64,000 nt of DNA from Candidatus Poribacteria bacterium. GTDB lineage: Bacteria > Poribacteria > WGA-4E > WGA-3G. Of the stretch, positions 57,895 through 64,000 are shown piece after piece (position 1 is the stretch's first letter; the number at the start of each line of letters is the position of its first letter). The stretch lies in contig JAJDTM010000002.1 of assembly GCA_022827185.1 (NCBI GenBank), forward strand, positions 1,560 to 65,559. The letters are read 5' to 3'. The notes under the pieces were generated by a model, which saw only the letters and a program-made list of their open reading frames with translations, searched no databases and was not told the origin of the DNA. A program made the position numbers and the translations under genes.

Positions 57895-57960
57895 ATGACC
57901 TCGTCGCCGTCGCAAACGCCTTCGGCAAGGATACTCTCGGTATCAACGGTGTCTGAAACC
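57895..57960 (+). pseudogene. Orphan dockerin-coding remnant in intergenic DNA
   Basis: Encodes NDLVAVANAFGKDTLGINGV*, which resembles the [15 protein letters not shown] dockerin segment. There is no upstream ORF. Confidence 0.45.
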
Positions 57961-58316
57961 CTTCATTATATACAAATTTCATCTCCGATCTTTCCCGTCG
58001 TCAATATTTTGGATCTTATCCTCATTTCATCTTTACCTCGTCCTCATCTCATTCTCATTACTCAACATTTAAGCGGATAAAAATAAAAACGTCTGTAGCG
58101 TTGTGTGCTAACACTTCCAGACTTTATATAATCTGCGGTTTATCAGGTCCCTGAAACCCGACCTGCCTTCGGGATAACTGTTAAAAAAATAGAAATTTTC
58201 ATTTTTTTTCAGATTATGCACGTTTTCCGTTCCCAAATTACGTCTTTAGAAATCAAGCGGTAAAAAAATCATTTTGTTTAACAATTTTCGTTTAATATCT
58301 GAAGGGAGAAAAAAAG

Positions 58317-58880
58317 ATGTCAAAAACTTTTAGTTCGGAAACTTTCAAAAAAACATTCGATGCCTATATCCTAAGGTGGCATATATCGGAAGCCGTCTTA
58401 TTGATTTTGGCTTTCTTACCTTTCTTGGCGTACGGCATAGCGTACTATTTGGATCTTTCATGGATACCTATCTTGGGTGACATAACTTTTGGGGCAATTT
58501 CATCTGGTATTGTTTCTTTTGGAGCCATCTCTTTTGGATTTGTTTCGATTGGGGCCATATCTTTCGGTGTCATAGCTATTGGCAGTTCGTCTTGCGGGAT
58601 CATAGCAATCGGCGCAATATCCGCGGGGGTTTTTGCTTTTGGAAATGCCTCCGCTGTTGGACTTATCGCTATTTCTACAGGTTCAACTGGGATAACTCCC
58701 CGGGTCGGTGGCACTGCTGTTGGCGTTATAGCGATCGGTCAGCATGCAAGCGGCGTATACGCGCTCTCCTATGAAAGAAAAGACAATAGCGTTTATCAGT
58801 TTTCACCGGAACGCCAAGATATAGAGGCTGTCACACTCTTTACCCGCTGTCTCCGAAAGTTTAAGAAAGCGTATGCATAA
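58317..58880 (+). CDS. Small membrane protein with tandem glycine-zipper repeats (GAISxG x about 10)
   Basis: GAISSGIVSFGAISFGFVSIGAISFGVIAIGSSSCGIIAIGAISAGVFAFG. The DNA is periodic over 58490-58650. Confidence 0.5.
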   Translation: MSKTFSSETFKKTFDAYILRWHISEAVLLILAFLPFLAYGIAYYLDLSWIPILGDITFGAISSGIVSFGAISFGFVSIGAISFGVIAIGSSSCGIIAIGAISAGVFAFGNASAVGLIAISTGSTGITPRVGGTAVGVIAIGQHASGVYALSYERKDNSVYQFSPERQDIEAVTLFTRCLRKFKKAYA

Positions 58881-59090
58881 CCGTCTTAAACTGACGTGCG
58901 GAACGATTGAAGGATGGAATTTCGGAAGTTTTAGCAGTTTATCAAGAAACAAATCCTTTATAGTGGATTTCCTAATTCCTATACATCTTCCGAACTCCGA
59001 AACCCTTATGGCACAGGAAACCAACGGTTTCCTATACTACATGTGTAAACTTATTTTCGGATTTTGCTATAATGTCTGAAGACCTAATAT

Positions 59091-61160
59091 TTGGAGGTAA
59101 AAAAGATGATCAGCAGAATTAAACGCGCCGTGGTTGTATTACTTATCCTTAGCAATTTCTCTCTGGCGTTCGCTGCACCGCCTAAAGTGACACGTTTTAC
59201 ACTCAGTAATGGTATCCGTGTTGTCAGTCTCTACGTTGAGGCATCCACGGATGTCATTATCCTCAGTTATTTGCCCCTCGGACTTGTCACTGATGGGAAA
59301 ACAAAGGCACAATGGAGCCATCTGATTGAACACTTGACACTCCGAACGACGGGACCGATTAATTACCCTTCAAGTAGTGCAGAAACGATGGCTGATAACA
59401 TGCGCTTGGAATCTATCGGGAACACCGATAACTGGACGCAGGGTTTGGAACGCCACGCAAAGTGGCTTTCGGGGTTACCGTTTTCAGAGGAGAGTTTAGC
59501 CGAGGAGTTACCGAACGCTTTGTCCGAGATTGACTTTACTGAAACGAGATTGGCGACCCACAAATGGGCATCCGCTGCATGGAACCAAGTTTTTCGACAC
59601 GGTGAAACGGATATATCCATGCGGGGTGATGTTCAATCCGCACAGTTAGGTGAATTACAAGAATACCGAGATCGGCATTTAGTCCAAGCAGATCGGGTGC
59701 TTTTGTGTGTCATCGGTGGAGTTGACTCGGAAACACTGCAGCCCGTAATGGAAACGCAACTCGGAACTATCAACCTAACAGCAAAGACGCTGCCACCAGC
59801 AACAGTAACATCGGGGGTGGTGAAAGACCGAACTGCCGCTTGGGATATCAATGTAACCCACTACATAGAAACTTACGCGATACCCCACTCGGAAGATGAA
59901 GATTATCCGGCGTTGTATATAACGAACGCGCTCCTGAACTTAGGACTCATGCAGGATACCCAACTGAAGGAATTAACGGGTTTTGTGCTCTGCAGTGTTG
60001 ATCTCGTTACACCTGAACAGACCTATCTACAGATCAGTGCTTCACTCAAGCCAGATACAGATATAGAAGTGGTTAAGCAGCGCATTAAACAGTTGATAAA
60101 CCGGCTCAAGCAGCCAGAGAACAACGCGCAGGTCGCTATGGCTGCCCCGTCACTTTCCAGGCAATTCAGTTCACCACTGGATATAGAGATGATGAAGCAA
60201 CAAAAACCGGCAGGTGTGTCAGAAACCATGATGCTTGGTAACATCGGTCTATGGTGGGGGATGCTGGAATATCAATATGGTGAGATTTTACCGCAGCTCG
60301 CGGGGGCATTTGCCAAGGTCTCTGCGGCTGATGTTGCCGATGTTGTCAATCGGTATTTAACCGAAGATGCGCGGATGACGTTAGTTCTCACACCACATGA
60401 TGCGTTTCTTGATGAATTCGGCGCGGTTAACGAAATTGAGATAAAGCAACCCGAACCGCCGCCTGCGGAGCCGATGCCGGAAGCGAGTGAAGCAGACATG
60501 ACGAGAGCCAAAGAAATCCTCGCTGCAGCAGTTGACGCACACGGTGGACTTGAGAAACTGCAAGCAGTCAAGAACATCGTCATGGAGGGGCACGCAACAG
60601 CCAATTCACCCACAGGACCGCAAATAGAAGGCACATCATACTACGTCCACCCTGACAAATTTAGACAAGATTTGAAGATGCCGCAAGGTGAAACGGCTTA
60701 CGTCTTTGATGGCACTTCTGGATTCGTGTTGACACCCATGGGGGTTCAACCAATACCACCACAGATGGCTGCCACTTTTAAAGATGCGGTTTTCCGAGAG
60801 CCGTTGTGGCTACTGACGAACCTCTCACAAAACGACATCCCGATCCAGTATGCTGGCACAGAAGACCTACAAGGTAAACCTACGTCTATTCTGCTGCTTC
60901 CGCAGCCATCTGGCGAGATGATGAAACTCTTTGTGAGCGAGGATACGCATTATATTGTGAAAATTGCCTATCCTGATTCCTCTCAAGGTATTACTGTTAA
61001 TCGGGAAACGCTCTTGAGTGATTACCGCGATGTTGATGGCGTTAAAGTCGCGTATCATGTTGTGCAGAACATAGAGGGGCAGCTCTTTAGCGAAAGCCGG
61101 ATAACACGTATTGCGTTGAACGCTGAACTTGAGGAATCGCTATTTCAGGAACCGAAGTGA
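59091..61160 (+). CDS. Secreted M16 (pitrilysin/insulinase) family peptidase-like protein with an intact HxxEH motif
   Basis: Signal peptide. TRFTLSNGIRVV M16 N-terminal signature. HLIEH inverted zinc-binding motif at about nt 59323. Two-domain length (689 aa). Confidence 0.65.
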   Translation: MEVKKMISRIKRAVVVLLILSNFSLAFAAPPKVTRFTLSNGIRVVSLYVEASTDVIILSYLPLGLVTDGKTKAQWSHLIEHLTLRTTGPINYPSSSAETMADNMRLESIGNTDNWTQGLERHAKWLSGLPFSEESLAEELPNALSEIDFTETRLATHKWASAAWNQVFRHGETDISMRGDVQSAQLGELQEYRDRHLVQADRVLLCVIGGVDSETLQPVMETQLGTINLTAKTLPPATVTSGVVKDRTAAWDINVTHYIETYAIPHSEDEDYPALYITNALLNLGLMQDTQLKELTGFVLCSVDLVTPEQTYLQISASLKPDTDIEVVKQRIKQLINRLKQPENNAQVAMAAPSLSRQFSSPLDIEMMKQQKPAGVSETMMLGNIGLWWGMLEYQYGEILPQLAGAFAKVSAADVADVVNRYLTEDARMTLVLTPHDAFLDEFGAVNEIEIKQPEPPPAEPMPEASEADMTRAKEILAAAVDAHGGLEKLQAVKNIVMEGHATANSPTGPQIEGTSYYVHPDKFRQDLKMPQGETAYVFDGTSGFVLTPMGVQPIPPQMAATFKDAVFREPLWLLTNLSQNDIPIQYAGTEDLQGKPTSILLLPQPSGEMMKLFVSEDTHYIVKIAYPDSSQGITVNRETLLSDYRDVDGVKVAYHVVQNIEGQLFSESRITRIALNAELEESLFQEPK

Positions 61161-61226
61161 ATCGGAATGATATGAAGTATTAGCAGGAATTCAGTCGTTT
61201 GTGTTGATGCATTATGGAGAGTTCTG

Positions 61227-63419
61227 ATGGATAAAGACGACGTTCAGTTGATTCATAGCACCTTGTCTGGCGACGATGAGGCGTTCGGTACCTTGGTTCA
61301 AAGATACCAAAAGAGTGTTCACGCCTTGGCGTGGCGGAAGATCGGTGATTTTCATTATGCTGAGGAGATTACGCAAGACACTTTCCTTCAAGCTTATGAG
61401 AAACTCTCGACACTCAAGAATCGCAATCAATTTGCCGGGTGGTTGTATGTTATCACCAATAATCTATGTACCGATTGGCTCCGACGGAAAAAACCTGCGA
61501 TGCAACCGCTGGGGGATGCGTCTGTGACAGCAATAGATAAGTTAACCTATGAGCGTTATGTATTGGAACAACGTGAGAGAGAAGTAACTGAGCATCGTCG
61601 TGAAGTCGTCAAACGACTCCTGGACAAATTGCCAGAGAGCGAACGTACTGTCGTAACGCTCTACTATCTCGGCGAGATGACCACCAAGGAAATTGGCAAA
61701 TTCTTGGGGGTATCGGCGAACACAATTACGAGTCGGCTTCGGCGGGCGCGGGAGCGTTTACAAACGTCAGATGAACGCTTGATTAACGAAACGCTCGGCG
61801 GTTGGCAATTGTCTAACAATCTATACGAGAACATCATGCGGGAGGTTGCTGATATAAACCCGGTATCGCCACCGACTGGAAAACCGTTGTTACCGTGGAT
61901 GGCTCTTAGTACGGCTACGGTTCTGGTTGTATTGCTGCTCGGTGTGAGTCATCAATATCTTGCGAGATTTCAGAGACCGTATAGTTTCGAGGCACAGTCC
62001 GAACCGACTATTGAAATTATTGAGGCGGCTGTTATTCTTGAGACTGACGCAAAACCGGCTATCCGCAATCAAATCGGACGGGCTGCCACCCCCAATAAAA
62101 ACAACAGTGTCGGTTCACAGATTTCTGAGGATCTTGAGGCACCTAATGCTTCTGAGGATTTCGCTACGCTTTTTGCTGCTGATGCCACCCCTGAAGTGAC
62201 CCGTTTCACTTTAAGCAACGGCATCCGTGTTGTCAATCTCCACGTTGAGAATTCCACAGATGTCATTATCCTCAGTTATTTGCCCCTCGGCCTCGCCACT
62301 GACGGGAAAGCAAAAGCATATTGGAGCCACCTCATTAATCATCTAACATTCCAAACCATGGAACCGATTGACTATAAGACAGGTAGCGCGGAGACGTTGG
62401 CTGACAATATACGCTTGGAGTTTATCGGTAATACCGACAACTGGACACGGGGTTTAGAACGCCATGCTCGATGGCTTTCTGAACTACCTTTTTCAGCAGA
62501 AGGTCTCGCTGAGGCACGCCCGAATGCCTTACGCCAGTTTGACTATATTGAAGAGAACTTGGCAACACATAAGTTGGCTTACGCTGCGTGGAACCAAGTC
62601 TTTCGGCATGGTGAAACCGATATCCGCATGCGTAGTGGCGTTCAATCGGCGCAACTCAGTGAACTCCAAGCGTATCGCGATCGACATTTGGTCCAAGCAG
62701 ATCGCGTCCTTTTGTGCGTCACTGGTGGCATTGATCCCGAAATATTGAAAGAGACTATGGAAAAACAACTCGGCGTTATCAATTTAACCGAAAAAACGCT
62801 TCCGCATCCAACAGTCCCTCCAGAGATAGCGAAAGATCAAAACGCTACTTGGGATATCAACGTAACCCACTATATGGAAACCTACGCGGTACCACACTCT
62901 AAGGACGCAGACTATCCGGCATTGTATATAGCGGGTGCACTGCTGAGTTTAGCATTCATGCAGGATACGCAATTGAAAGCATTGACAGGTGGTGCTTTCT
63001 GTAACCTTGACCTAATCACTCCAGAAGGGACTTATTTACAGATCAATGTTTCGCTGAAGCCGGATGCAGATATAGGAAAGGTCAAGCAGCGGATTGGTCA
63101 GTTGATAAACCGGTTAAAGCAACCCAAAAACAACGCGCAAGTCGCTATGGCTGCTCCCTTTTTCGCCATGCAATTCAGGGCACCCTTGGATGTAAAGAGG
63201 GTAATGCAACAGCAGCCTGTGGGCGTGTCAGAAACTATGGTCCTTGGTAACATCGGTTTACAGTGGGGAATGCGGGAATACCAGCACGGCGATGCCTTAT
63301 CCCAACTTGCAAGTGCATTTGTCAACGTCTCCGCGGCGGATGTTGCCAACGTCGTCAACCGCTACCTAACCGAAGATCGCCGGATGACGTTAGTTCTCAC
63401 GCCACGCGCCGTGGAATGA
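61227..63419 (+). CDS. Single-chain fusion: ECF sigma factor, one TM helix and an M16-like domain with HxxNH (catalytic Glu replaced)
   Basis: The sigma and TM module is about 70% identical to the 43065 gene (HALAWRKIGDFH.AEEITQDTF, QYL.RFQRPYSFEA.SEPTI.II.A.V.LETDAKPA). The extracytoplasmic part is about 80% identical to the N-terminal half of the 59091 protein, but HLIEH becomes HLINH (gaa to aat at about 62327). Confidence 0.75.
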   Translation: MDKDDVQLIHSTLSGDDEAFGTLVQRYQKSVHALAWRKIGDFHYAEEITQDTFLQAYEKLSTLKNRNQFAGWLYVITNNLCTDWLRRKKPAMQPLGDASVTAIDKLTYERYVLEQREREVTEHRREVVKRLLDKLPESERTVVTLYYLGEMTTKEIGKFLGVSANTITSRLRRARERLQTSDERLINETLGGWQLSNNLYENIMREVADINPVSPPTGKPLLPWMALSTATVLVVLLLGVSHQYLARFQRPYSFEAQSEPTIEIIEAAVILETDAKPAIRNQIGRAATPNKNNSVGSQISEDLEAPNASEDFATLFAADATPEVTRFTLSNGIRVVNLHVENSTDVIILSYLPLGLATDGKAKAYWSHLINHLTFQTMEPIDYKTGSAETLADNIRLEFIGNTDNWTRGLERHARWLSELPFSAEGLAEARPNALRQFDYIEENLATHKLAYAAWNQVFRHGETDIRMRSGVQSAQLSELQAYRDRHLVQADRVLLCVTGGIDPEILKETMEKQLGVINLTEKTLPHPTVPPEIAKDQNATWDINVTHYMETYAVPHSKDADYPALYIAGALLSLAFMQDTQLKALTGGAFCNLDLITPEGTYLQINVSLKPDADIGKVKQRIGQLINRLKQPKNNAQVAMAAPFFAMQFRAPLDVKRVMQQQPVGVSETMVLGNIGLQWGMREYQHGDALSQLASAFVNVSAADVANVVNRYLTEDRRMTLVLTPRAVE

Positions 63420-63490
63420 TATGGAGTGCTGATGGAAATCCAGTCCCAAAAATCAAAGCGTGCTTCATATAGGATCGTAAACTGTGCCGT

Positions 63491-63928
63491 TTATGCGTTG
63501 AGCACTTTTCCGAATAGATCTGTTATCTCCGCTCGGATCTGTTCTTCAACTGACGGCACCAGTGCTAACCGATAGGGACCACTGAGCGCGTGGTTCCGCG
63601 GTCCTGCCTCGTACCCCGCCCGAAGTCCCAATTCATAAGCTGCTCTTGTTGCAATATAGACTTCACTGCCATTTGTGTATCCAAAAACAAAAGTGTGTGA
63701 AAACGGCGATGTTTCGTCTGCAAAGAGTTGGTACTCCGAAAAGAGTTCATGGGATACAGACAGGAAGCAGAGCGCGTCGCCGACAGCGAATGCACTGATA
63801 GGGAAGGGTAAGGTGCGTTTTTCACCACTTTTAGCGACTTCTAATAAGGCGACGTAGCGTTCATCGTCAGGGAATTTTTTTATTAACTGCTCGCATTCCG
63901 CAACCGATGGCGGATCTCGGAACGGCAA
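63491..63928 (-). CDS. Hypothetical protein, possibly continuing beyond the window end
   Basis: 145-aa ORF convergent with the sigma-fusion gene. No motif recognised. Confidence 0.3.
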   Translation of the reverse strand: MPFRDPPSVAECEQLIKKFPDDERYVALLEVAKSGEKRTLPFPISAFAVGDALCFLSVSHELFSEYQLFADETSPFSHTFVFGYTNGSEVYIATRAAYELGLRAGYEAGPRNHALSGPYRLALVPSVEEQIRAEITDLFGKVLNA

Positions 63929-64000
63929 ATTGACGAGTTCTGAATGCGCTTTAAGCGGGGCTGCAGGAATTTCTTCCGCAGTCTTTAAGGCTTGGTGTGT

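Overview
The window is a 64 kb metagenome-like bacterial contig of moderate GC. It is rich in secreted leucine-rich-repeat (LRR) and dockerin proteins and phytanoyl-CoA dioxygenase (PhyH) genes. That mix would fit a Poribacteria- or Planctomycetes-like candidate lineage, but I cannot verify this without tools.

Recognisable housekeeping content:
- A glycogen cluster: glgB, a glycogen-synthase-like glycosyltransferase, glgP and glgC.
- hisB and dtd.
- Hexuronate genes: a UxaA-like dehydratase, uxuA and three xylose-isomerase-like TIM-barrel genes.
- A thiamine-pyrophosphate keto-acid decarboxylase, two PhyH dioxygenases and an O-methyltransferase.

Mobile and repeat content:
- A REP-associated tyrosine transposase (RAYT) flanked by REP hairpins. 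Further REP copies lie elsewhere in the window, including one inside a coding region.
- A second small palindrome family and a composite intergenic repeat.
- An AT-rich island at 31.5-36.2 kb carrying a beta-class DNA methyltransferase, a putative restriction endonuclease, a ParB-like nuclease protein and an Rpn/PD-(D/E)XK nuclease.

The most unusual region is 43-63.4 kb. It contains two paralogous single-chain fusions of an ECF sigma factor, one transmembrane helix and an extracellular domain. In each, the extracellular domain is a close duplicate of the secreted protein encoded next door.
- In the first, the sensor is LRR plus a roughly 300-aa unknown domain, and a decayed dockerin remnant sits just past the stop codon.
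- In the second, the sensor is an M16-peptidase-like domain whose catalytic motif has changed from HxxEH to HxxNH.

Between the two lies a cellulosome-like gene set:
- Four dockerin-bearing LRR proteins.
- A 1,545-aa protein combining a PSCyt1-like CxxCH haem motif, LRRs, two cohesin-like modules, a dockerin and a T9SS-type C-terminal sorting domain.
- A paralog split by a single in-frame TAG.

The first gene, which is 5'-truncated by the window edge, encodes a large secreted metalloprotease, cadherin-like and tandem-repeat protein with the same sorting domain.
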